A DNA stretch of 63,378 nt, filler included, from Reclinomonas americana ATCC 50394 (taxonomy: Eukaryota), in the NCBI GenBank assembly GCA_048213135.1. It is 12 parts of 12 records of this genome, joined end to end, with 100 filler letters (N's around TTAATTAATTAA, not from the genome) between each part and the next. Parts side by side here need not be neighbours in the genome. Positions count along the whole stretch, not along the records: positions 1 to 3,529 come from AFZH01021512.1; positions 3,630 to 8,387 come from AFZH01021513.1; positions 8,488 to 17,388 come from AFZH01021514.1; 9 more parts are not named here. One strand, 5' to 3'. Shown here one piece after another: positions 1 to 11,500 of the stretch. The stretch's first letter is position 1. Every line of letters starts with the position of its first letter. Below the pieces are notes generated by a model. That model saw nothing but the letters and a program-made list of their open reading frames with translations. It was not told where the DNA came from and searched no databases. The position numbers were made by a program, and so were the translations under genes.

Positions 1-22
1 CAACATACTTAGTCGCGACGGC

Positions 23-23
<1 letters not shown>

Positions 24-62
<39 letters not shown>
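24..62. repeat. (CA)n microsatellite
   Basis: Uninterrupted AC/CA dinucleotide run. Confidence 0.95.
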
Positions 63-63
<1 letters not shown>

Positions 64-119
64 CGCGCAGAGAGCATCATCCGACATGTTAACAACAACA
101 GTCATTCATTCTCTTTGTT

Positions 120-416
120 TTACAAGTCAGCGCACGGGTCGCAGTCGCCGCCCTCGCCACCACCACCGCCCATGGAGGGGAACGAGAGGCTGAGCGAGAA
201 CGAGGGGGTGTTGGAGGCCGCAGAGGACTGGCCGACGCCCGCAGAGTGACTCTCGCTGTCGACCTGTGTGCGCGCGTGTTAAGTGTGAGCGGAAGAGAGA
301 GAGAGAGGCCAGAGAGCGCGTGTGCGTGTTTTTCTCACCATGTTGTGCATGCCCAGCACAGTGGTGTCGGTGGAGGCCAGTGACGTGCCGTGCTCGGTGC
401 TAGTCGCAGATCCCAT
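120..416 (-). CDS. Small spliced hypothetical protein (73 aa), complement(join(120..263,339..416))
   Basis: ATG at 416 and a 75-nt GTGAG...CAG phase-0 intron (338-264) give an open frame to TAA. Product is MGSATSTEHG...GGGGGEGGDCDPCADL. No homology recognised. Confidence 0.45.
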
Positions 417-492
417 GCTGGCTCAAGGAAGTGTTTTTATTTGAAGAAGAAAACACGTGGGACCTGAGGACATTTGCTTTGTTCGCCAAATC

Positions 493-1789
493 ATGACGAG
501 CGTTGCTCCTCGCTGCTTGCGCTCATTCACTAGCCGCGAGTTTGCCAAGTCGAATCCGTATTGCGTGTCTGTCTCGCAGCGTGTTGCGTGGCCACGAGGC
601 CCAGTGCAACAGCTGTTGGCGGTGGAGTCCTTTGAGCGTCAAGTGTGGGTGTTTGAGGCGGATTCGTTGTCGCTGGTGTGCACGGTGCAGGTGACGAATG
701 CGGCGTGGCGGTGTGCGTTCTCGCCGACAGTGGCCACGCGACTGGTGGTGGCAGAGGGCCACGGCTTCGATTCGAGTATTGCATGCGCTTGTTTGATCTT
801 CAGTGTGATGAGGAGAGTGTGACTCCGCGGCTGCTCTGGGCGCTTGACAATTTTGAAGAAGGCGTGCTCGGGTTGGCGTGGTCGCATCGCGGCGACTTGG
901 TGTATGCGTGCTCGAACGACAAGACGCTGCGTGTGGTGAATGCGGAGACGGGGCAGGTGGTGCGCGTGATTGACGGGCAGCCCGAGGGTGCGCACGAGCT
1001 GCACCCGTCGCTCTCAGGGAAGGTGGTGGTGGCCTCCTATCTCGGAGGAGCACACATCGCTTGGGATATGGAGCGCGGCGTTGCGCTGTGGCAGCGTCCG
1101 CCAAACAACCACCGGTCAAGCTCGTTGATCACCAGCGACGACTGCCATGTGGTCTGCACGAGGCACAGCGACGTACCGCAGCTGTGCGACTTGTGGACGG
1201 GTGAGCCGGTGCGCGAGGCGATGCCGGAGTTGGGCGAGGCCACGACGTTGACGTTTTTCAGCTCGCCTGCTGGATTATATGCGGTAGCACGACATCTCTG
1301 CGGTTGCGTCAGCGACACCAGGTTGCACACTGTGATCGATACTGACGCACTGTTGACACGGCCACACAGATATGCGAGTGTTTCGAGTGAGGAATACCGA
1401 GTTCGAGTTGGTGAACACGCTGCGCAATGTCTTGCCCACAGCTCTGTCATCTGTCGATGTTACTTTTCTCGACACTGGAGCGATTGTGGTGCTGCAGAGT
1501 CGAGGACTTTTGCAAGTGTGGGATGCAGGTGCGTACTATGTGGGAGAAAGAAAGAGGGAGAAGGAACTCACCGTTGGAGATGCACGCAGGTCTGCTGCCC
1601 GAGGCAGGTCCTCTGCTGCGAGAGGAGGTGCGAGCAGCCTGTGACGCCGTCGAAGCACTGCAAGAAGTCGAGGCTGCGGTGGAGGGCGACGGCGGCGAGC
1701 CATTGCCCAAACTCGCGCTGCGTTGTTTCCTGGTGGAGGAAGCACGGCTGCAGCTGTTGCGCTGGTCACTGAGTCTCGATTGTCAGTGA
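493..1789 (+). pseudogene. WD40-like beta-propeller protein, copy A, with a 1-bp deletion near 784 (pseudogene or sequencing error); introns 1303-1369 and 1529-1589
   Basis: Colinear with copy B. 'att gca tg cgc ttg' versus copy B 'ata aca ttg cgc ttg' shifts the frame. WD-like segments GVLGLAWSHRGDLVYACSNDKTLRVVNAETG and LLQVWDA. Confidence 0.75.
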
Positions 1790-1958
1790 AGTGCAATTTC
1801 TCGGAACATTGTCTTGGCGAAAGCGTCAAGGCGCCAACGAGGTGTCGTTCTATGCGTTTGTGGCTGCGGTGGTACATGCAAAGAACGAAAGGCGTGAAGG
1901 GCGGGACGCGGAGGGACTTCTTGGCTCACATTTTCGTCAATCAAACGATCAATCAAAC

Positions 1959-3284
1959 ATGACGAGCGCTCCTCCTCGCTGCTTGCGTTCATTCACCAGC
2001 CGCGACTTTGTCAAGTCGCACGCCTACCGCGTCTCTGTCTCGCGTCGTGTCCCGTGGGAACGAGGCGCACGCGGGTCCGTGCAACTGCTGGCGGTACCGT
2101 CGTGTGATCGCACAGTGCGAGTGTTTGAGGCGGATGAATTGTCGCAAGTGTGCACGGTGGAGGTGGGGAATGCGGCATGGCGGTGTGTGTTCTCGCCTAC
2201 AGTGGCCACTCAGCTGGTGGTGGCGGAGGGCAGCATGTATGGAAAGAGTATAACATTGCGCTTGTTCGATCTCCAGTGTGACGCGAAGAGTGTGACTCCG
2301 CAGCTATTGTGGGTGAGTGACAGTTTCGGAGATGGCGTGCTTGGTCTGGCGTGGTCGCATCGCGGTGACTTGGTGTATGCGTGCTCGCACGACAAGACAC
2401 TGCGTGTGGTGAATGCGGAGACGGGCCAGACAGTGCGCGTGTTTGCCGATCAAGTCGAGTGTGCACACGAGTTGCGACTGTCGCCCTCTGGCAACGTACT
2501 GATGGCTACCTACCGCAAAGGGACGCGCATCGCGTGGGACTTGGTACGCAGGATTCCGCTGTGGAAGCATCCGCCTCCCGAACTCGCGTCGGTTCACCAT
2601 CGACCGAGTTCACTGATCACCAGCGATGGCCAGCACGTCGTCTGCACGATGCTCGACAACGTGCCTCGGTTGTGCAGTCTGCGGACAGGCAAGCCAGTGC
2701 GCGAGGCGATGCCCGAGTTGGGAGAGGTCACGACGTTTTTCACCTCGCCTGGAATCTCGTACGTGGTGGCTCAAGTACGTTGCGGTTGCGTTACTGACGA
2801 CAGTGCACACACACGCAGTCTCTTCACATGCTATTGTGCTGACACTCCTTTGATGCCGCACAGATTTGCTGGTGTTCCGAGTGAGAAACACCGAGTTCGA
2901 GTTGGTAAACACATTGCGCGACGTCTTGCTCCCGGAACAGACGTATGTCGATGTAGCCATTCTCGACACGGGAGCTATTGTGGTGCTTCATGGTGGCAAG
3001 CATGGTTCTCTGCAAGTGTGGGATGCAGGTGCGTGTCGTTGCAGAAAACAAGAGAGAGGGAAGGCAACTCAGTCGGGGATGCATACTGCGTAGGACTACT
3101 TGGTCACTTGTTGCGAGATGAAGTGCGAGCAGCCTGTGATGCCGTCGAAGCACTGGGAGAAGTGGAGGCTGCGATGGAGGGCAACGACGGCGAGCCATTG
3201 CCGAAACTCGTGCTGCGTTGTTTCCTAGTGGAGGAAGCACGGTTGCAGCTGTGGCGCTGGTCACAGAGTCTCGATTGTCAGTGA
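1959..3284 (+). CDS. WD40-like beta-propeller protein, copy B, join(1959..2784,2864..3028,3094..3284)
   Basis: WD-like repeats (SCDRTVRVFEA, SHDKTLRVVNA, SLQVWDA). Two GT-AG introns at the same positions as in copy A. Helical C-terminal tail. Confidence 0.75.
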   Translation: MTSAPPRCLRSFTSRDFVKSHAYRVSVSRRVPWERGARGSVQLLAVPSCDRTVRVFEADELSQVCTVEVGNAAWRCVFSPTVATQLVVAEGSMYGKSITLRLFDLQCDAKSVTPQLLWVSDSFGDGVLGLAWSHRGDLVYACSHDKTLRVVNAETGQTVRVFADQVECAHELRLSPSGNVLMATYRKGTRIAWDLVRRIPLWKHPPPELASVHHRPSSLITSDGQHVVCTMLDNVPRLCSLRTGKPVREAMPELGEVTTFFTSPGISYVVAQVRCGCVTDDSAHTRSLFTCYCADTPLMPHRFAGVPSEKHRVRVGKHIARRLAPGTDVCRCSHSRHGSYCGASWWQAWFSASVGCRCVSLQKTREREGNSVGDAYCVGLLGHLLRDEVRAACDAVEALGEVEAAMEGNDGEPLPKLVLRCFLVEEARLQLWRWSQSLDCQ

Positions 3285-3380
3285 AGTGCAATTTCTCGGA
3301 ATATTGTGCGAGAGACCACCTGCTGCTGACCGGTCGATTGGCGATGCTTGATGGATAATCGTGAGCTTGGGTGCCTTCCT

Positions 3381-3424
3381 CTTCCTTCCTTCCTTCCTTC
3401 CTTCCTTCCTTCCTTCCTTCCTTC
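3381..3424. repeat. (CTTC)n tetranucleotide microsatellite
   Basis: Perfect CTTC tandem run. Confidence 0.9.
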
Positions 3425-3529
3425 GTTTTTACAAAAAAAAAAAGTAATAATAGTAGTAGTAGTCAGAGGTCAAGGGAATGAAAGGTACAGTGCTGAGAGG
3501 TGCATTCACCATTGTCGTAACAACAACAA

Positions 3530-3629
3530 NNNNNNNNNNNNNNNNNNNNNNNNNNNNNNNNNNNNNNNNNNNNTTAATTAATTAANNNNNNNNNNNNNNN
3601 NNNNNNNNNNNNNNNNNNNNNNNNNNNNN
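3530..3629. other. Artificial contig spacer, first of 11 (others start at 8388, 17389, 19289, 22702, 24091, 27742, 55833, 57309, 59482, 61975; each 100 nt)
   Basis: Identical N44-TTAATTAATTAA-N44 blocks with stops in all six frames. Confidence 0.99.
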
Positions 3630-3926
3630 CGTCGTCATCAATTGCAAAGGAACCTTGTAGATCCCATCATCACCACCATTCATTATAATATTAGGTTTAC
3701 TTTCTACTGCAGAGAGTCTTCCTGCGCTGCGATCTCTTGGCTGCATCCATCGACAGCGCGCGCGCTGCGCATGCGCAGCGCGCATCCATGGATCGAGTCC
3801 ATCGCTCATCATCATAGCCAACAGCGAACATCGATGAATCCATCGACATGTACGTATACTATACAGCAGCAGGTGGTGTCCCACACGCCTCAGCACAGTC
3901 ACCGGGGAACGCCCTTCTTCAACAAG

Positions 3927-4806
3927 TACATTCGGCGTCAAAGGTATTCCGAAATTTTACCGTTGCACTTTTTTTCCTGCACGTGGATGCGTCAACGCGA
4001 TTTTTTTGCGCGAAAAACGAAGTCCGGGACTGCCCGAACAACCCTGTCAACTCCGTTTCTCGCGGAAATTTTCGCTTCTGCAAGCCTGATTCACTATCGT
4101 GCGACATGTCACGCACACTTCGAAACATTTTTCCCCGAAGAGTGCTACCACGGTTCGCAATAAGTGGCGCACACAGAAGTGTTCAGCAACAACCGCCACA
4201 CACGGGGTGCGCACCAGCGCTGTCTCCAGATGAGTCCAGTGATCTGCCGCTGATGATCATAGAATTTGGGTGACAGTGAGAGATGACCGTTGGAGAAGAC
4301 CGCACCCTTCCTCTGCGCCACCGACGACCGGTTCGGCGCCACTGCACCAGAGCTTGTTCCTGTGGTCTCCCGCACTACGAGGATGTGTGGTGCACGATGA
4401 GATGGAGTGAGCAGCCTGCAGTGTGAGCAAAGAAGCGTGCTGCTCCTGGCCGCACCTCTGCCAAGCGTACGGCTGTTCTGGTGGTGCACCAAATCGCCGC
4501 CAATGACTGCCACTTATCAGACATGTCCCCAACCCAATCAAGAACCTGTGGATATGAGTGAGCGAGCGTGTGGGCGAGCGTGAGTCGGGTGGGAGTCGCA
4601 AGGCGATTTTCGATCAGTCACCAAAAATTCCATTTTCTCTCCGTGCAACACCCGCGAAATGTACACCGCCTTGGTTCGTTTCACCGGTCTTACATAATGA
4701 CGCAGAAGCCTACCGTAAAGTTTGTGAAGACGGCTTGGAAAGAACTCATCTGGTTCTGCTGTGGCGATTTTTTTTTATGTTCGGAATACTTTTAAATTCG
4801 AATGTA
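3927..4806. mobile_element. Non-autonomous DNA transposon (MITE), Tc1/mariner-like, with TA target-site duplication
   Basis: Left end TACATTCGgcgTcAAAgGTATTCCGAA (3927-3953) matches the reverse complement of 4780-4806 at 22/27 nt. TA at both ends. The element is absent from the paralogous promoter at 12327-12400. No transposase ORF. Confidence 0.7.
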
Positions 4807-5020
4807 GTCCCATGGCCACCTGTCTGACGGATGCACACCAACGATCGGAAAATTCGAAGCACGGCTGTCGACTTGTTGAGAGTGCTGCTGCAGGCTAGTG
4901 GACACGATTGCCTGTCACAACTGAGCACGACGGCAAAACGGGAGCGGGGAGCGAGAAAGCATTTTCACATTTGGCGCCAAATTCTACGGTTTCCTTATTA
5001 CTCTCATCACGCCGCTTCTC

Positions 5021-8000
5021 ATGAATGCCAACGAGCGCGCGCTGCTTTTCTCGTGCTCCTCAAGCAATCGTGTTGCCGACCTGCGCGTGCATGTCAGCGT
5101 CGCCATCGTCGTCTTCTTCTCATTCATTCTCGCAGCAAGTTGCGTCACGGTACGGTGCATTTGTCGTTGCCACTCTTCTTCAAACACAAACACGCCTCCT
5201 TCTGTCTTGATCCGCTCGCAGGCGCCCAGACAGTGACCACCGCTGTGGCCAACAATGTCACTGGCTCGTCCGCCACTCTCAACGCGTGGGTCAATCCCAA
5301 CAATGTCGCTGGTGGCACTACCAACTCGTTTGAGTGGTCTCCATACGCCGCTGCCGTTGGTGTCTCCTCTGCCACTGTCTCCGCCTTTGTGGGCACGGCG
5401 GGCGTGTCGGGAACGACGGACGGTGTTGGAGCAAGTGCGCTATTCTTCCAGCCACTGGTACCCTTCATGGATGACATTGATTGCTTTCTCTCACACACAT
5501 TCTGGACTGACGCGCTTGTGCTCTCTCGACAGGGACTGGCCTTCGACGCCATGGGGAACTTGTTTGTCGCCCACCATGGGTTTGTGTGCACCCACAAATG
5601 CATTGTCTCGCTGTCCACTCGTCTGCTTTCTTTCTCACTCTCACTCACACGCGACCATGGCAGCAACTGTCGCATTCGACGCATCACGCCCGCTGCCACT
5701 GTGACAACGTTTGCGGGAGGCACCTGCGGCCTGGCGAATGGCACAGGAGTGGCAGCTCAGTTCAGAAAGTATGTTCTCTCTCACACTCTCGCACATTCTT
5801 TCTCCCGTCACGCACGCCCTTGCATACATTCACAGAGTTACCGACCTGGCCTTCGACCGAACCACGGGAACCATGTATGTTGCCGATGTGAGTGCGCGGC
5901 ATGTTTGTGATCACGTGTGATGCATTCTGCTGACTCAAGAGACTCTGTGTGCATGCGCAGCAATTTAACCACGCCATTCGCGCTGTCACGTCAGCGGCAG
6001 TGGTCACCACGTTGGCGGGCAATGGAGCGACGGGAAGTGCCAATGGCACGGGTGCAGCGGCCTCTTTCTATAATCCCCACGGAGTGGCAGTGGATGCCAC
6101 GAACCAAGTGATGTATGTGGGTGATTGGTACAACAACACCATTCGGCGAGTGACATATGCCGGTGCGGTGACGACCTTTTGTGGCTCTACGGGCATGAGT
6201 GGCATCGCCGATGGTGCGTGTGCGGGAGCGGCGCGATTCGGTGGTCCCAATGGTGTGCTGCTCGTCGGCACCACGCTGTATGTTGGTGAGTGCTGTGTGG
6301 GAGAAAATTTAAAGGGAGATGCACGGCTCTCCTTTCTCATCTGTGTCTTCTCTTTGTGTGCGTGTGCAGCCGATCGTGGGAGCCACTCCATCAGGGTCAT
6401 TGACACTGTGGCGATGACAGTGACGACGGTGGCGGGTTCGACGAGCGGCGCTTCTGGATCCACGGATGGCACCGGTGAGTTCATTCTTATCGACAGTACT
6501 GTTTGATTCCCTACGTTCGTGCTGACTGACAGCAACCCTTGGACCAGGATCCGCTGCCCGTTTCAATTTTCCTGTGGGACTGGCATACGACGGTGGAAAC
6601 AACGTGATCTATATCGCTGATGTTTAGTATCTCCACTTCCCATGCAGAGCCGTCTTCTTTCTCATGAGCCCGACCGCACAGTTATCCAACTACACCGTGC
6701 GGCAACTTCGATTGTCAGACTCGTCAGTGAGCACCATCGCTGGCGCGGTGGGCATGAGTGGCTCCGCCGTCGGGAGCGCACTGACCGCGGCTCGCTTTAA
6801 CTTGGCTCATTTTGTCGCCTTCGATGCATCAACGGCATCGATTCTGGTTTCCGATTACGGCACACACGTTATCCGTCGCCTCTCGCTTTCCTCCCAGTCG
6901 TTGTCAGCCACACCCGCCACCGCCACTGGCTCTCTGGCTTCGTCGATCACCGCCTCGCTGACAGGGTTAGCGAGCAATTGGACCTACTACAACCGCGCCG
7001 TCGTCGTCACCTCCACGCCCAGCACCATTAACGGCGCCACCGTATCGTTCACCACCACCACCAATGTGGCTCCAACCGACATTAGTTGCTCGTCGACGAC
7101 ATATGTGTCGCCGTCGGTGGCGAATCAAGTCGTGTGTGCACTGCAAACGACAGACGCGAATGCGGGCCAGTCGTTCACGTACTCGATTGTCGGCGGCGTC
7201 AACAGCGGAGTGTTTTCGATCAGCGGACAGTCATTGGTGATTGTGGCGGCGGGCCAGGCGGGCAGCCCGCTGGCGGTGACGATTCGGTCGACCGACAATG
7301 GATCGCCGCCGCTGTTCTTTGACAAGGCGTTCAGCATCACCACGGGTGAGACGAATGGGGAACTGCGTGGTCAAGTGTGTAGTGTATCTGCCACTCCCTT
7401 TCGGGGGCCTCTTGCTGATCTTCTCGTCCCCAGTCTTCTTCTTGTTCTTGTTCTTGTTCTTCTTCTTTCTCTTCTTCTTCTTCCTCTTGTTCTTCATCGT
7501 CTCCTTCTCCTACTTGTTCTCCTTCCTCTTTCTCTCCGTCTTGGTCTTCGTCTTCTTCTTTCGTCCTCGTCCTCCTCTCGGTTTCCTCCTACCGCTGTTG
7601 GTCATTCACAGTGATCTTCTTACTTGTTGGTATTCCACAGTCACGCAGTCATTGGCAACACTGGCGGCCAGCAGCTTGTCAACGTCGTCGGCGACGCTGA
7701 ATGCTGTGGTGGGCAACTCCGTGGCGGCCTCGACAATGAGCAACTCATTCGAGTGGGCGCCATCGACGGCTGCATTCGGTGTCACACCAACAGTGTCGAC
7801 TTGGTTGGGTACAGCGGGCATGCATGGCTCGACGAATGGTACTGGCACAGCTGCTCGTTTCACTTTTACGTCGGTTCGTGCACACGTTGTTGCAGTACCG
7901 TGTTTCACGATGTAAATCTCAACCGTGCAGAGCATCGATTTTGATGCGACTGGCACCGCGTTTGTGTGTGATGCTGGTAATCATACGATCCGGCGAGTGA

Positions 8001-8487
8001 CTAGCGCAGGAGTGACGTCTACTTTCCTGGGAACTGCCGGAGCAGCAAGCCTGGTCGACGGGGTTGGTACTGCGGCGCGGTTTTACTATCCCGTTGACTT
8101 GTCGATTGACCTTTCCACCGGCTACCTGTACATCACAGATGTTGCGTTGGTTGCACAACGGATGAAAGAGTGTGACTTGAAGAGTATTGTGTCGCTCACT
8201 CCTGTACACTTTCCAGGCAAGTAACAGTGCAATACGTGTGAGCACGCCTTCTGGCTCTGTGTCAACACTGGCTGGCAACGGATCGTCTGGCACTGCGAAT
8301 GGAACCGGATCGAATGCGAGGTTTAATGGTCCACACGGAATCGTCGTAGACTCGGCGAACAAGGTGATGTACGTTAGTGAGAATTTCNNNNNNNNNNNNN
8401 NNNNNNNNNNNNNNNNNNNNNNNNNNNNNNNTTAATTAATTAANNNNNNNNNNNNNNNNNNNNNNNNNNNNNNNNNNNNNNNNNNNN

Positions 8488-8543
<56 letters not shown>

Positions 8544-11500
8544 GCTGCACTGCTTGTACCAGTGCATCTCAGAACCTGTCTTACCGCCACTCAGGTTACA
8601 TATGGCGGTGAGGTCACTACCTACTGCGGTACTATTGGGTCGTCGGGAACAGCCGACGGCGCATGTGCATCAGTAGCAACATTTGCTAATCCGAATGGCT
8701 TGGAATTGGATTCAATCGCCAATCGGCTGTACGTCGGTGCGTGTATTCGTACGTGCGTGCGATTACTATCGGTTCTCTGCGAATCACTGTGGTCAAGGAC
8801 GGGTGCTCATATCTTGGGAGATGATTGCAGCTGCTCGAGGTGCACATTCCGTTCGTGTGATCGACATGCTGGCAATGACAGTGTCGACTCTGGCCGGCTC
8901 GCTCACTGGAGCATCAGGATCAACGGATGCCACGGGCACTGCCGCTCGATTCAACGAACCTGTTGGCATCTCGCTAGATCGAGGGCGAGGCGTCCTGTAT
9001 GTCTCTGAAGTTGCGTATTCTTGTTCCACTGGAATTGCTGCTCTCTGCGTTCTGCTCATCACTCGTGACACACTTAGGCAACCAGCCACACGATTCGCCA
9101 AATCGTTATTAGCACGGGTGCTGTGACGACCATCGCCGGTGCTGCTGGGTCTTACGGATCGGCGAACGGGAGCCCGCTCACTGTTGCTCGACTTAATGTC
9201 CCGGTTCGCTTTTTTTGTTTATGTTCACAAGAAGCGTGTTCAAAAGAAGCGCTGCTTAGCTCAATTGCATTGCATTGAATGCAGCACTACATGGCATTCG
9301 ATGCTGCGACGTCTTCTCTGTACATCGCGGGTACGAGTTTACCTGCAGTAAGAGGTTTGACAATTGTGTTGAGTTCTCATGCTATCCACCATCAGAGTGG
9401 GACAACTCCACCATCCGTCGACTCACCATTGGCTCCACCACCGTCTCGGCCACTCCGGCCTCTACTGGAGTCGCTTCCAGCACCACCGTGACCGCCTCTT
9501 TGACGTCCCTGGCCGCCAACTGGACGTACTACTTTCGTGCCATCTCGACCTCCACCGTGCCCAGCACCCTCACCGGCTCCACGATGTCCTTCACCACCTC
9601 CAACTCGGCGCCGACCAATGTGACGTGCACCGGAACGACCACCTATGTCGCGCCATCAACTGCTAGCGTGCCGCTGTGTACGATGAGCACCAGCGACGAC
9701 AACGTGGGGCAATCGTTTACGTACGCGGTCAGTGGAGGAGCAAATGGCGCTGCATTCTCAGTAAGCGCTGGCGCCCAGTTGCAGATCGCGTCGGCGGGCC
9801 AGTCTGCCAGTCCGTTGGTTGTCACTGTCCGCTTGTTCGACAATGGCACACCGCCGATGTTTTTCGACAAGTCATTCAGTGTGACGTCGGGTGAGCTGAT
9901 CAGCATGGAATTCGTTGTTTCTTGGTGTGAAATGCTGACCTTGTTTCGGCGCAGTGAACAATGCACCGACGGCGGTTACGCTGAGTGCGAGCTCGTACAT
10001 TCCGCCCAGCACGGTGGGTCAAGCGATTGGCACGATGAGCACGAGCGACGTGGACTCCCAGCAGTCGTTCACGTATTCGGTGGTGGGTGGCGCCAGCAGT
10101 GCATTGGTGACAATCGTGTCTGGCAATCAGCTGCAGTTTGCGAGTGCCAATGTGCAGGCGTCGTTGGTGGTGATTGTGCGCACAACCGACAATGGCAATC
10201 CAGCCATGTCGTTCGATCAGACGCTCAACATTGCTGGTTGCGTGCTTCGACATTGTACAATGTTTTGATGCAAGATTGAGCGCTTATTCTCCTTTGCGCA
10301 TGTGCATGCAGTACCCACTGTGACGTCGTTGTCAGCCACCTTTGTGTCGGCACTGGCCGGCCAGTTGATTACGTTGACGGGAACTGACTTGCTGAACAAC
10401 TCGGTCGACTCGTCGGCGTATGCGCTTGCCACTCCTCTCTGTGCTGCGGCGACGCCTCCAACGGCCGTGGCCAGCACCGCCGTCAGCAGTGTGTTCGGGA
10501 GTGCGACCAGCATCACGCTGACGATTGGTGCGGCGGGTGCAACTGGCGGCACGTACGAGTTGTGCACGCGATGGTCGCCCACCAAGACGTACCTGGCGGT
10601 GTCTTCGTTCGCCATCGGTGAGGAACGAGTAGACAAGAGAGAATTCTTTTTGTGCGTGCTTGTCAGCTTATTGGAGTGTGTGCAGGGAATGTGGCTCCGA
10701 GTGACATTCTGCTGTCGGGCGCACAGACATACTCTAGCGCGACAGTGCCATTCACGGTGGGCACACTGAGCATGGTGGATCTCAACACGGGACAGACGCC
10801 AACGTTCAGCATCGCGGGCGGAATACATGCGGCTCTGTTCAGCATTGTGGGTGGCAATCAGCTGATAATCTCGGTTGCCCCTCCGCTGAGTCGGCGATTG
10901 CAAGTGTTTGTGCAAGTGAGCGACGGGACGCTGACGTTCACGAAGCAGTTCGTGATTGTGTACGGTGCGCGATCGCGCATAGGAGACGGGATTAGAAGGG
11001 GAATAGGGAGAAGGGATGGAAAGGAAGACAAGCATGGTGCTAACGGCAGAATGTGTTGATATCGAGGGTGAAGGTTGCAGAGCGCGTACACGCGAGTGCA
11101 AAGAGCGGCAGCGATTCGAGTGAGTGGCACAGAGTTCAGTGTCAAGGGGAGCAGAGAGGGACAGAGAGTCGCTGTGTGCGTTCGTGTGCGTGTGTGTGTG
11201 TGAGAGAAAGAGACAGATAGGGTGAGCAAGGAGGGGGAGTGAAAAGTGCAGGGAATTCGACGACGCGAATAGCGAAGGCGGAAGCGTGGGTTACAGAGAA
11301 GAGTCGGGAGGGTATCGACGGTACATTCTTCGCTGAGTATGCGGTAAAGAGGAAGAAGACGCAGCCCTTTGATCTTGTCCCTCAGTGCGAGATTGTTTCG
11401 GTGGCTGGCGCCGGATGCACTCTCTTCTTAGTCGAGGCACTACTCGCGCTAGGTGTCATACACAGTTGTACATTGATTGATTGTGCACTGACAATGTCTG

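Noticed and set aside
1791..3284. 497-aa intronless ORF
   Set aside because: Two introns (79+65 = 144 nt) let the ORF read through by chance. The middle exon conserved between paralogs is in another frame, and the homologous start is ATG 1959.
3574..3585. TTAATTAATTAA repeated 11 times as a biological repeat or CRISPR-like array
   Set aside because: It is always centred in N runs of identical length, so it is an artificial linker. No CRISPR array, tRNA or rRNA was recognised in the window.
7231..7614. Lys-rich (minus) and Leu/Phe-rich TM-like (plus) ORF segments
   Set aside because: They are translations of the CTT-rich intron 7346-7640; the gene resumes after the CAG acceptor.
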